DNA of 64,000 nt from an uncultured Pirellulaceae bacterium (GTDB taxonomy: Bacteria; Planctomycetota; Planctomycetia; Pirellulales; Pirellulaceae), in assembly GCA_964530985.1 (NCBI GenBank), contig CAZHCH010000009.1, forward strand, positions 1,865 to 65,864, in the 5' to 3' direction. A program made the translations under genes and the position numbers. Within the stretch, counting starts at the first letter, position 1. Every line of letters starts with the position of its first letter. Shown piece by piece: positions 9,599 through 19,385 of this stretch. Below the pieces are notes generated by a model, which saw nothing but the letters and a program-made list of their open reading frames with translations, had not been told where the DNA came from and ran no database searches.

Positions 9599-11389
9599 AT
9601 GAAATTCTCAACACCTAAAGCCTCCATTGAAATTGACAATGTCAACTATCAGCTTGAATCAATTGACGAATTCAGCTTCTCAGCCAGAGTAGACCTCCCG
9701 ATTGGCATTCGCTCGCATGGGTTGCTCAACCTAGGAACGGACAATCTGGTAGTCGCGTTTCGTGTACGCGATATCGAGGACGGCGTCGCAAAGTGCTCTT
9801 TTGCCAATCTTTCGTTGACGAACGCCACAACGATCAAGAAATATCTGCGGAATCAGCAGCACGGCTTCGTAGAAGGTTCACTCAATCTCGATTCCTCCGA
9901 CGAGCTCGCCCAAGAATTCAACAGCCACAAACCGCATTTCTCAGGACGAGCAAGCACTCCAGAAACCATAGATGCAACAAGTGCTAGCAAACCTGAAGGC
10001 CAATCTGCTCCCAAGTCAACCGTGCCCCAACAATCAGCACCACGAACCGAATCAGCTCAGCCCACTGCCGAATCTTCGAACACGTTAAACACAACAAAAT
10101 CACCGAACGCTTATTTCCGCGCCAGTTCAAGTGCCGACCGCAAAAGTAATTCGAGATTTGATATCCGTTCATTGACGAAACTAGCGATGGCATTTGCAAT
10201 GCTTGGCTTGGCCCTCCTTGCCATCTACGTGCTTCGTTCTCGCAGTACGATTTCGATTGGCAACTCAGCCTTAGTGGGCAACTACCTGCCGGTCAACGTA
10301 AAAGCCGAAGGCGAAATCATCGACTTGCTTGTATCTGAAGGCGACAGCGTCAAAGCGGGTGACGTTTTGATGCGGCTTAAAAATCCAGTAATGCAATCTG
10401 AACTAAAACAATGCGTAGCCAAACTCGCAACGGCAAAGACCAAAGTCACTGCACTGCGGAAACGACTGGAAACTGCTAAAAGGCGAGTCTCAATCGCAGC
10501 TAGGAAACTGACTCTTGATTTAGTCGTGGCAAAGTCAGAAATGGAATCGGCGACCCGATTTTCAGAAGTAGCCAAGATCAATCTCAATCGCCTGAAGCCA
10601 GCCTTGGAAAATGGCGCAGTTACTGAAATGGAATTTGAAGTGGTTCGACAAGAACTCTTAGCTGCCGAATCAAAGAAAATGGTGGCAGAAAATACTGTCA
10701 AGCAAATTGAGTTTGCCCAATACTCTTTGAAGGACAAAATTTTGATTTTGGGTGACGGATTCGACGATGAAATCGGTCGCTTGGTTGCAGAACTTGAAAT
10801 CGCAGAAGCCGAACAGCGAGAGCTTCAAATCGCTCTGAACGTTGTCAATGAACAATTTGAGAATTTGGCCGTCACCGCGCCTCGTGACGGATCTATCTAT
10901 GTCATCTACCGGCAAGTTGGTGAATTCGTCAAAACCGCAGATGAAACGGTTGGTCTAAGCTTCGAAGGCAAAGTATGGGCTGCTGGCCAGGTAGCCGCTG
11001 ATCAATCTCGCCGAATCAGATCCGGACAACCGGTTGTTGTGACTGCCCCTGCATTGGGAAAGAAATTTGATGGAGTTGTTTCTGCCGTCGGGCACCGTGC
11101 AATTTCTTCTTCGGGCCACTACACACCGAATTTCGGTAGTGATACAGCATCTAGTGTGCCTGTCAAAGTGATCATTCAGGACCTGCCCGACAACGTGCCG
11201 TCTGGAACTCGACTAGAGATGACGATCGACACTGGCTTCGGATTCGAATGGCTGAACCGAACCATGGGCTACTCACTCAGGTCAATCGCAAACGGTAAAC
11301 CAATTGAAGCAATACAACGCAATGAAACCGACACGAAGGACACAGATAACAAAAAACAAGTAATTGGCGAAGTTGCCATCGACTTGTAA
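9599..11389 (+). CDS. HlyD-family periplasmic adaptor with N-terminal degenerate PilZ-like domain (Alg44-like architecture)
   Basis: Lipoyl halves AEGEIIDLLVSEGDSVKAGDVL and VTAPRDGSI around a long coiled coil; TM at about aa 195-212; N-terminal beta domain ending CSFANLS..IKKYL. Confidence 0.8.
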   Translation: MKFSTPKASIEIDNVNYQLESIDEFSFSARVDLPIGIRSHGLLNLGTDNLVVAFRVRDIEDGVAKCSFANLSLTNATTIKKYLRNQQHGFVEGSLNLDSSDELAQEFNSHKPHFSGRASTPETIDATSASKPEGQSAPKSTVPQQSAPRTESAQPTAESSNTLNTTKSPNAYFRASSSADRKSNSRFDIRSLTKLAMAFAMLGLALLAIYVLRSRSTISIGNSALVGNYLPVNVKAEGEIIDLLVSEGDSVKAGDVLMRLKNPVMQSELKQCVAKLATAKTKVTALRKRLETAKRRVSIAARKLTLDLVVAKSEMESATRFSEVAKINLNRLKPALENGAVTEMEFEVVRQELLAAESKKMVAENTVKQIEFAQYSLKDKILILGDGFDDEIGRLVAELEIAEAEQRELQIALNVVNEQFENLAVTAPRDGSIYVIYRQVGEFVKTADETVGLSFEGKVWAAGQVAADQSRRIRSGQPVVVTAPALGKKFDGVVSAVGHRAISSSGHYTPNFGSDTASSVPVKVIIQDLPDNVPSGTRLEMTIDTGFGFEWLNRTMGYSLRSIANGKPIEAIQRNETDTKDTDNKKQVIGEVAIDL

Positions 11390-11502
11390 ATCTCCCTTCA
11401 CTAACGCTTGCCCAGTTCTTCTGGTTGTCTATTCACACACGATTAACAACATCCGGCGCAACGGCGTTTATTGGGAGTGCGACTGCTCCACAATTTTCAA
11501 CA

Positions 11503-13200
11503 CTAGTTTGAACTCGATGAAATCCGCCATCGCGAATTAAACGTGTAAATCATGATTGCGAACAGCGATACGTTCAAAACAATCGTGAACAGCAAGTAGC
11601 AACCAAAGTGCTTCAAATCCTTGAGAGGATAGTAAAACAAACTAGCCTCACCTGGCTTCGCCATCTTCCAACGTTGCTCACCTACTTCGACAGCGTGATC
11701 GTCCACGTACAGCGGCAAATTATGAGCCGCCGCAAAGGGACTTGTTGCCGACAACGTTTTAACTACTTGTGTCGCCTGGGCCGCGGGATAATACGTTTCG
11801 GCAAAAAAGTTGGCCGCCAACGGCGCTACGTAAAGCAGCAAGACAACCGAGTAGGTAACCATCAAGCTCGACCCTGTTTTCTTACAAAGCGTTGAAAAAA
11901 ACAACGCCAACATCGATGTGGTCACACAGGTCAATGCGTAAATCACTAGGTACGCAAACTTCGTTGGCGTCGCCCGCCAAGTTTCAGCGGGAAGTACTCC
12001 AAGCACAATTGAGATCAACAACGGCCACAGTAAAAACAACGTCAAAACACTCGACACACGCAACCCCGACAGCAGCTTCCCCCACAAAATTTGCCAAGGC
12101 GTGATCGAAGTTGTCAGCAGCAAATCTAATGTCTGACGTTCGCGTTCGCTCGTCACGCTACCAGCCGAAAACACAGGCCCGATCAACAAATTAAACAGCA
12201 CAACGTAGCAAACGTACCAAGCCGATAAGTGCGGCTCGATGAACAGAAAGTACGCCATCAACGGCAACGCCAAAAACATACTAACTTGAATCGCCAGCCG
12301 CAGCATCAACGTGCCTTGACCAAAAATCTCGCTCCGCATCTCCTTGTCATAAACTGGATTAATCCCATCGGGCATCAACGTATTTCGATTCGGAGGTGCC
12401 AGCAAACGATCAGGGAACTGATCACGCACGATGACCACACCAATCGCATTTTCGTTCTCTTCCTCGATATTGATGACCTCCTTTCCTTCAGAACCGAAGT
12501 CGGGCGGGTAAAGCATTCGAGAGCTGCAGATATAAAACAAAACGATCGTGACCGCGGCCGCGAAACCTGGGATCACCGTCATTGCCATATTCAAACGAGT
12601 CTCACCAAACTGGCTCATCGATCCCCAAAACAGCACCCCCATCAAAGCCAGCGGCAAGATCATTAAATAAGATACCACCAGCGCGGAACTAGTCCGCGAA
12701 AAGAAACTCCCGGCTGCAACACTGATCATGCCAAAGGTAATCACACTCGCGATCAATGCCAGATAAGCAGCCAATACTTCGTAAAAAGAAACACCCCCTA
12801 GTGGCAAGCACAACATCACGATCGGCAGTGATGCAAAGATCAACACCGCCAAGTGAGTCAGCGCCGCAACTAGCTTGCCCAGCACGATCGACTCGGGACG
12901 AATCGGACTTGCCAATAGCATCTCATAGGTCATCCGTTCCTTCTCGCCAGCAATCGACCCCGCCGCGAAACTTGGCGCCATCAAAGCCGCTAACACGTAC
13001 TGCCCCAAAAACACCAAATCCACTAACACGCTCGACGAATTCGAATCACTCAAATCCAATCGTATGTTGTCCGTGGGCCAGGCAAAATAAACCACTGCCG
13101 CCAACAGCACTTGGTACATCAACAACAAACCAAACGCCCTTGGCTTTCGCAAGTTTACGAGTAATTCGCGTTGTAAAACTGGGTTGCTAAAAAGCTGCAT
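11503..13200 (-). CDS. ABC-2-type transporter permease with two tandem membrane repeats
   Basis: NPVLQREL / NPVYDKEM repeats; AGSIAGEKERMTYEMLLASP..IVLGKL and AGSVTSERERQTLDLLLTT..ILWGKL. Confidence 0.85.
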   Translation of the reverse strand: MQLFSNPVLQRELLVNLRKPRAFGLLLMYQVLLAAVVYFAWPTDNIRLDLSDSNSSSVLVDLVFLGQYVLAALMAPSFAAGSIAGEKERMTYEMLLASPIRPESIVLGKLVAALTHLAVLIFASLPIVMLCLPLGGVSFYEVLAAYLALIASVITFGMISVAAGSFFSRTSSALVVSYLMILPLALMGVLFWGSMSQFGETRLNMAMTVIPGFAAAVTIVLFYICSSRMLYPPDFGSEGKEVINIEEENENAIGVVIVRDQFPDRLLAPPNRNTLMPDGINPVYDKEMRSEIFGQGTLMLRLAIQVSMFLALPLMAYFLFIEPHLSAWYVCYVVLFNLLIGPVFSAGSVTSERERQTLDLLLTTSITPWQILWGKLLSGLRVSSVLTLFLLWPLLISIVLGVLPAETWRATPTKFAYLVIYALTCVTTSMLALFFSTLCKKTGSSLMVTYSVVLLLYVAPLAANFFAETYYPAAQATQVVKTLSATSPFAAAHNLPLYVDDHAVEVGEQRWKMAKPGEASLFYYPLKDLKHFGCYLLFTIVLNVSLFAIMIYTFNSRWRISSSSN

Positions 13201-13283
13201 GGAGTTGGGCTTGAATGGTAATAATCAAAAAATCGGCACTACGAAACGTCAGCAGCTTTAGCGAAACCGCCAAGCTACCAAAT

Positions 13284-14873
13284 TTAGTGAGTGGAATCGT
13301 CAACGTTCGCAGTCGCAAGCTTCGCAATCGCGATCCCTGCGAAACCGAAAATTATCGTCATGATCGGGCTCAGGTAATTGAAAAAACAATAACCTGCGTA
13401 AGTAATCGTCGACACCTGCAGGACTGCCGCTTGGGCCGCGCCGCAAGTGTTCCAAGGTATCAGCACGGAGGTCACCGTTCCACTGTCTTCTAGCGTTCGG
13501 CTCAAATTTTGTGGCGCCAACCCTCGATCTTTGAATGTTTTACCAAACATTCGCCCCGGAACCACGATCGCCAAGTATTGATCCGACGCTGTCGCATTCA
13601 AAAATAAACAAGTCGCTGCAGTCGTTGCAATCAAGGAACCCGTCGATCGAGCAAACTGAACCAGCGAATCAGTAATTCGTTTCAGCATCCCGCAAGCCTC
13701 CATCACTCCGCCAAAACACATCGAACAAATAATCAACCAAACTGTATTCATCATGCCCGCCATCCCTTTGGCAGACAACAATTTACTGGCATACACGTTG
13801 GCCCGCTGTTCAGGCGTGAGCGCCGCCAAATCCTCCGGCGTTTCAGCCACCTTTTCGGCGCCGGACAACTCAACCCCTGCCAATTCAATTCCGTCCATCA
13901 TGGCATTGACACTGGCCACATAGCTATCCGAACTTAACTGCAAAAAACTACGTTCTGGAACTGGCAAGTCCGCATTTCCATTGGCAACGGAATAAACAAT
14001 GTGCGGCTGTGCAATAACGGCCACAACGGCTCCCAATAAAGCACCGACCAGCAACGCCACCACGGCATCGATCTTCATGATCACCATCACCAACACAACC
14101 GACGGAACAATAAACAGCCAAGGAGTGATATTAAATCGATTGTCCAAAAACACCTGCAGCGCATTTACATCAGCTGAGTTGGATCCTGATGTATCCAGCG
14201 TCGCTCCCAAGTACCAGAACAGCCCTAACGTGATCAATATACTCGGCACTGTCGTCCACAACATGTAGCGAATGTGACCGATCAAATCCGCCCCCGCCAT
14301 CGCAGCGGCCAAGTTGGTTGTGTCCGAAAGCGGTGATAGTTTGTCACCAAAGTAAGCCCCCGAGATCACCGCGCCTGCGGTCATCGCAACCGGAGCTCCT
14401 AGTGCGGTCCCGATTCCCATCAATGCAACCCCGACGGTTGCAACCGTTGACCAAGAACTACCCGTCGCTACCGAAACAATCGCACAAATCACCACACTCG
14501 CCACTAGAAAATACCGAGGCTCCAGCACATCCAACCCATAATAGATCATCGCTGGCACGACCCCGCTGAGCATCCAAGTACCTGACAGCGATCCGATCAA
14601 CAGCAAAATCAAAATCGCAGGCAACGCCGCATTCAAGCTAATGTTGATGCCCTCAAGCATTTTTCTCAGCGGTACTTTCAAACCCCAACCGGCAAGTGCA
14701 GCCACCGCCGCAGCTAAAATCAAGGCAATCTGATTAGGACCATTAGTTGCGCCATCTTTATACAACAAAACATTAATCGCCAGCAGCGCCACTAAAACCA
14801 ACACTGGCGCCATGGCGTACCACAGGGCAGGGCGTTTGAATTTTGGTTCATCTTTAACTTCAGACATACTCAC
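13284..14873 (-). CDS. nhaC: Na+/H+ antiporter NhaC family
   Basis: ATGSSWSTVATVG, AGAVISGAYFGDKLSPLSDTTNLA, LSRTLEDSGT..LIPWN; many TM helices. Confidence 0.9.
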   Translation of the reverse strand: MSMSEVKDEPKFKRPALWYAMAPVLVLVALLAINVLLYKDGATNGPNQIALILAAAVAALAGWGLKVPLRKMLEGINISLNAALPAILILLLIGSLSGTWMLSGVVPAMIYYGLDVLEPRYFLVASVVICAIVSVATGSSWSTVATVGVALMGIGTALGAPVAMTAGAVISGAYFGDKLSPLSDTTNLAAAMAGADLIGHIRYMLWTTVPSILITLGLFWYLGATLDTSGSNSADVNALQVFLDNRFNITPWLFIVPSVVLVMVIMKIDAVVALLVGALLGAVVAVIAQPHIVYSVANGNADLPVPERSFLQLSSDSYVASVNAMMDGIELAGVELSGAEKVAETPEDLAALTPEQRANVYASKLLSAKGMAGMMNTVWLIICSMCFGGVMEACGMLKRITDSLVQFARSTGSLIATTAATCLFLNATASDQYLAIVVPGRMFGKTFKDRGLAPQNLSRTLEDSGTVTSVLIPWNTCGAAQAAVLQVSTITYAGYCFFNYLSPIMTIIFGFAGIAIAKLATANVDDSTH

Positions 14874-15266
14874 CTTGATCGATCGCCTAAGCTAGGGGTT
14901 CTTTAAAATTCAACATCTGAAAAACCACCAACATGACAGCGATTTTGGTTTACGAAAAGTCCTAACCCTAAAGTGTACCAAATTTATGCTTCCAGGTTTT
15001 GCAGCACACTGGATTTGCGTTCCTCAAAAAACCTACAAAACCAGCTCCAAAATTAAGAACCAGTTTCCCAATTAGGACCTGGCAAAGATCGACCAAGCCC
15101 AAATTCGAGCGTGGTCTTGCGACATTCGCTAATCCAAACAACGAAAACAATTTCGTTCAATCTATTCAAAAAGTTTGCAATGTCTGTTCGTGTCGCTTAG
15201 ACTCAAATTCAAATTCGGTGGCGCACAGGCGAGCTGCCAGATAGCTTTATGCAACAGGGACAACAA

Positions 15267-16262
15267 ATGAATGCTACAGCGGTTGAATTGGCAAAAGAGC
15301 ACTTAGAAGACTTTGCGAATCGAGTACAAAAAATCCGAGACAGTTTGCACTCGGTGGTTGTGGGGCAAGACGAACCAGTTGACCAACTTCTGATTTGTGC
15401 GCTCACCGGTTCGCACGGTTTATTAGTCGGAGTGCCTGGACTGGCGAAAACTTTGATCGTCAAAGCCTTAGCCGCAGCTTTTGATTGGAAGTTTGCCCGG
15501 ATTCAATTTACGCCTGACTTGATGCCTTCGGACATCACCGGTTACGAGTTGCTCGGTCGTGGCGACGAAGGCCATGAAATGGTGTTTCGTCACGGGCCAG
15601 TGTTTGCCAACTTAGTTTTGGCAGACGAAATCAATCGTGCGGCTCCTAAAACTCAGTCTGCGATGCTGGAGGCGATGGCCGAAAGACACGTAACCGTCGG
15701 TGGTGTGACTCATCCGATCGAGCAACCTTTCTTGGTGGTAGCGACACAGAACCCAATCGAACAAGAGGGAACTTACCCGCTTCCGGAGGCGCAACTGGAT
15801 CGTTTCATGATGGAAATTCGAGTCGGTTACCCCACGCCCGAACAAGAAAAAGAAATCGTGCTGCGGACGACCAAGGGCGATTTAAAAATGCCAGAAGCAG
15901 CGTTCACTCCTGAGTCTTTTTTGAAGTTGCGTGAACTCGTGAATTCGGTTCCAGTTCCAGACAACGTGGCCGAGTACGCTGTTAAGCTGTGCGGTAGCAG
16001 CCGACCGGATGATTCGCGAGCGACTCAGTTTGTTAAAGATTACGTTAACTTTGGCGCCGGGCCGCGAGGCTCTCAAAATTTGGTAATGGCTGCCAAAGCC
16101 AGAGCATTGCTAGAAGGGCGGACTGCCCCAATTGTTGGTGACATTCAGGCCGTGGCAATTCCGATTCTGCGGCACCGAATTGTGGGAAACCATCGAGCCA
16201 TCGGCGATGGAGTTGGAACGGACGCAATCGTTGCCAACCTGATTAAGGAGGTCCGCAAATAA
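15267..16262 (+). CDS. MoxR-family AAA+ ATPase
   Basis: Walker A GVPGLAKT, RIQFTPDLMPSDITG, Walker B LADEINRA, ATQNPIEQEGTYPLPEAQLDRF; AGGGA RBS favours 15267 (ORF opens at 15249). Confidence 0.95.
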   Translation: MNATAVELAKEHLEDFANRVQKIRDSLHSVVVGQDEPVDQLLICALTGSHGLLVGVPGLAKTLIVKALAAAFDWKFARIQFTPDLMPSDITGYELLGRGDEGHEMVFRHGPVFANLVLADEINRAAPKTQSAMLEAMAERHVTVGGVTHPIEQPFLVVATQNPIEQEGTYPLPEAQLDRFMMEIRVGYPTPEQEKEIVLRTTKGDLKMPEAAFTPESFLKLRELVNSVPVPDNVAEYAVKLCGSSRPDDSRATQFVKDYVNFGAGPRGSQNLVMAAKARALLEGRTAPIVGDIQAVAIPILRHRIVGNHRAIGDGVGTDAIVANLIKEVRK

Positions 16263-17194
16263 TGTCTGTGTCAACAAGCACCGATAGGGCACAGCACAAC
16301 AGCCGTTTTTTGGATTTGAGCCGCTTGGCCGCGCTGCAACACATGCGCTTTACTACTCGGCAGCGCATTGAGGGTACTTATAGCGGTCGGCATACTTCTC
16401 GGGCGCTGGGCGGCAGCGGAGAGTTCGCGGACTACCGCGAATACACGCCCGGAGGAGATTTACGCCGTCTTGATTGGCGAGTACTGGCCCGGACTGGGCG
16501 GGCTTACATAAAACTATTCCAAGACGAAACGAATCTTGTTTGCACGCCAGTTGTCGATGCCAGCGGTTCGATGAAGTTCGGCGCCAAAAGTAAAAACGAC
16601 TTAACTGGATCGAAGCTCGAATACGCTCAGTTTTTCACCACCGCGTTAAGTCATATCGTTAGCTTTGGACGCGACCAAGTGGGATTGGCGGTGGTTGACG
16701 AACAACTAAACACGTATCTAAAGCCCGGTTCCACAGGCGACCATGTCAAACGTTTGCATGAGGTGGTTGAATCGATTGATGCCACCGGCGAGGCTCAATG
16801 GGAGGTTGCGCTGACGGAGCTGTTTCGATCGGCGGGGCGGCGCGGTGTGCTGTTGTTGATGTCGGATTTTTTAACCGAAGATATCGAAAAACTGTTTGCG
16901 AGCATTCGCTTGTTCAAGCATAGCGGCTGGGAGGTGATCGCGATGCACTTGGTCCATCCAGATGAAGAACGTTTACCAGCCGGAGCGGCATTTCAATTTG
17001 AGGGGATGGAGGGCGAGTCATCAGTACATTGTTCGCCTGCCGAAATTCAACACGTATACGAAGCGAATTTCAAAAAGCACTTATCAACTGTTCGATCGAT
17101 GGCGCTGTCGACGGGTTGTGATTACCGATTGGTCTCAACAGCAGTACCCTATTGGGAAACGCTGAGCGGTTTTTTGGTAGAACGGGTGGGCTAA
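16262..17194 (+). CDS. DUF58 domain protein (MoxR-associated, vWA-like)
   Basis: GRHTS...GSGEFADYREYTPGGDLRRLDWR, VDASGSM, LMSDF; TAATG overlap with moxR. Confidence 0.92.
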   Translation: MSVSTSTDRAQHNSRFLDLSRLAALQHMRFTTRQRIEGTYSGRHTSRALGGSGEFADYREYTPGGDLRRLDWRVLARTGRAYIKLFQDETNLVCTPVVDASGSMKFGAKSKNDLTGSKLEYAQFFTTALSHIVSFGRDQVGLAVVDEQLNTYLKPGSTGDHVKRLHEVVESIDATGEAQWEVALTELFRSAGRRGVLLLMSDFLTEDIEKLFASIRLFKHSGWEVIAMHLVHPDEERLPAGAAFQFEGMEGESSVHCSPAEIQHVYEANFKKHLSTVRSMALSTGCDYRLVSTAVPYWETLSGFLVERVG

Positions 17195-19294
17195 ATGAAT
17201 TTCCTTCATCCATGGGCGATTGCAATCGGTTTGCTGGGAATGGCACTGCCGATCGTGATTCATTATCTAACGCGACCGCGACCGACGTCGATGCCTTTGT
17301 CAACGATTCGTTTCGTTCGCGATGCGGTTAAGCAACGTCAGGCGCGTAGCAGATTACGGGACGGCCTCGTGTTACTATGTCGCTCATTGGCGGTCGGCAT
17401 GTTGGCACTGGCATTTGCTCAACCATTATTCAACGCCCAAGAAACAGACACTAGCACCGATCCGGCTCGGTTACGTCGCATCGTTGTTTTAGATGTTAGT
17501 CAAAGTATGGCGGCGACCGATGCAAGCGTTGACGGGTTTCAACTGGCGAAGGTGCAAGCCAAGCGTTTTCTGGATGCTGAATCAGGCGTTAAAGCAAATT
17601 TGATTTTCGCAGGTGCCCGGCCGAAAGCTGTTTTTGAGCAAGCCAGTGCTAACATTAAAGTCTTAAACGATGCGTTGACCGAGGCTCAAGCAAAACCCGA
17701 ACACATCGACGTGCAAGCCGCGTTGAGTATGGCTTCTACGATGCTGGCCGGCGGAGACGCTGAGACGGCGATGGAGGTTATTTTCGTCAGTGATTTTCAA
17801 CGCAGTAATTGGGCGGCAGTGGATTTCTCGATACTGCCCAAAGATACAAAGATCCAATTAGAATCCGTTGCCCAAGACAGCACACTGGCGAACATTGCAA
17901 TCCAATCCGTTCGTTTTTTAGAACAACCAACGGTGGGAGTTCCGGCGACGCTGGAAGTTCAAGTCGGCAATTTTTCCAAGACAGCTCGAAATATAAAGAT
18001 CGAAGTGCTCGTCGGCCCCGCGTTGGTCAGCTTGGAGGGCGGTTGCCCCGCTGGACGATCGACTTTGTTGACAGCAGAAGTGTCACTACCGGCAACAGGA
18101 TGGCAGGTCGGTTGGGCAAAGATTGTCGACAATTTAGACGCCTTGTCGGTAGACGATCGTTTTCCCTTCGTCGTGCAGTCAATCGATTCGCCGGGGATCG
18201 CTGTGGTGACGCGACAGTCTGAACGCAAAATCCCTTCGTCGTCTTACTTTGTTCAAACCGCGTTGCAGCCTTTCACTGAGCAAGCCGATAATCGAGTGCG
18301 TGTGGGACGAATCGCGACAAACCGTTTTTCGGTTGAACAGGCAGTCGGTTACCAGCGATTTGTATTTGATCATCCCGGCAAAATGGAGCCCGCGCAAATT
18401 CGCTCGCTCGCTTCATTGATCCGTCGCGGACGCGGAGTTTTATATTTCGCGAGCGACGCAATCGACGCAATGAACTTAAAATCACTGTCAGCCGAATTAG
18501 GCAGCGACTTGCAATTGCCAGTCGAGTTAGTGCCGACATCGCGAACGCGGCCCAGAAGGGATTTGCAGATCCAATCAATGCAGAAAAATCGCCGCCCGTT
18601 CAGTATCTTTGGCGACTCATTGACCGCTCAACTTTCGAGCTTGCGAATCAGCGGTGGTCTGGGATCTCGACGGATCCCCGATTCGATCGACGACGATATC
18701 TTGGCGACGCTGAGCGACCAGTCGGTGTTTGTTTATTCTAGTCCGGCTGGACTTGGAAAGCTGTCGGTCGTGAACGCGGACCTAGAGGCCTGCGCGTGGT
18801 CACGCCATGCGAGCTTTCTGCCAATCGTCAATGAATTGGTCGATGACTTACTCAGTTCAGACAATCGGTCAAACTTGTCATTGACGGGCTTGCCGTTGGT
18901 CAGGGTGCTGCCCAGCGAGATCACGTCGGTGGATGGACTAGTCGTTAGCCAAGGCGAGGGCGAACAATCACCGGAGAGTCTCGGACAGTTGCAGCCATCT
19001 GGTGAAGGAGTCGTATGGAGCTGTAAAGAATTACCAGGACCGGATATTTTCCAAATCGAAAAAGATGGTCAATCCGTATTTGCTTTGGCTGCTAACTTGG
19101 CTTCGGAAGAGTCCGACTTGAAAACTCTGGATCCAAGTCTGCTTACGGACCGATTGTCCGGTGGGCGCAACGTGAGTTTCAATCACGTTGCCAAAGAGAA
19201 ACGAGAGGAAGACCGGAGCTGGATTTGGTTTGCGGTGGCTGCTGCCGTTGCGTTGGTAGGAGAAGTAACCGTACTAAAAGCCTTTCGTTCTTAA
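17195..19294 (+). CDS. BatA-like N-terminal double-TM + vWA domain protein
   Basis: MNFLHPW..LPIVIHYL..RP..MPLSTIRFV..LALAFAQP (BatA N-terminus); MIDAS LDVSQSM and SDFQ; C-terminal EESDL and TM. Confidence 0.88.
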   Translation: MNFLHPWAIAIGLLGMALPIVIHYLTRPRPTSMPLSTIRFVRDAVKQRQARSRLRDGLVLLCRSLAVGMLALAFAQPLFNAQETDTSTDPARLRRIVVLDVSQSMAATDASVDGFQLAKVQAKRFLDAESGVKANLIFAGARPKAVFEQASANIKVLNDALTEAQAKPEHIDVQAALSMASTMLAGGDAETAMEVIFVSDFQRSNWAAVDFSILPKDTKIQLESVAQDSTLANIAIQSVRFLEQPTVGVPATLEVQVGNFSKTARNIKIEVLVGPALVSLEGGCPAGRSTLLTAEVSLPATGWQVGWAKIVDNLDALSVDDRFPFVVQSIDSPGIAVVTRQSERKIPSSSYFVQTALQPFTEQADNRVRVGRIATNRFSVEQAVGYQRFVFDHPGKMEPAQIRSLASLIRRGRGVLYFASDAIDAMNLKSLSAELGSDLQLPVELVPTSRTRPRRDLQIQSMQKNRRPFSIFGDSLTAQLSSLRISGGLGSRRIPDSIDDDILATLSDQSVFVYSSPAGLGKLSVVNADLEACAWSRHASFLPIVNELVDDLLSSDNRSNLSLTGLPLVRVLPSEITSVDGLVVSQGEGEQSPESLGQLQPSGEGVVWSCKELPGPDIFQIEKDGQSVFALAANLASEESDLKTLDPSLLTDRLSGGRNVSFNHVAKEKREEDRSWIWFAVAAAVALVGEVTVLKAFRS

Positions 19295-19385
19295 GGATTG
19301 CGTTGGATGGTCGGAAATTATTAGTTGTCGATTGCATTTGAAGTTTCATTGTTTACATCACTGATTTGAATCGAGCCAAGTTAGC

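Noticed and set aside
14874-15266. Replication origin suggested by an apparent C-rich to G-rich shift near 15 kb and mnmG in the window
   Set aside because: No DnaA boxes were seen, the skew is not sustained downstream by eye, and gene orientation explains much of it. A cumulative GC-skew plot would be needed.
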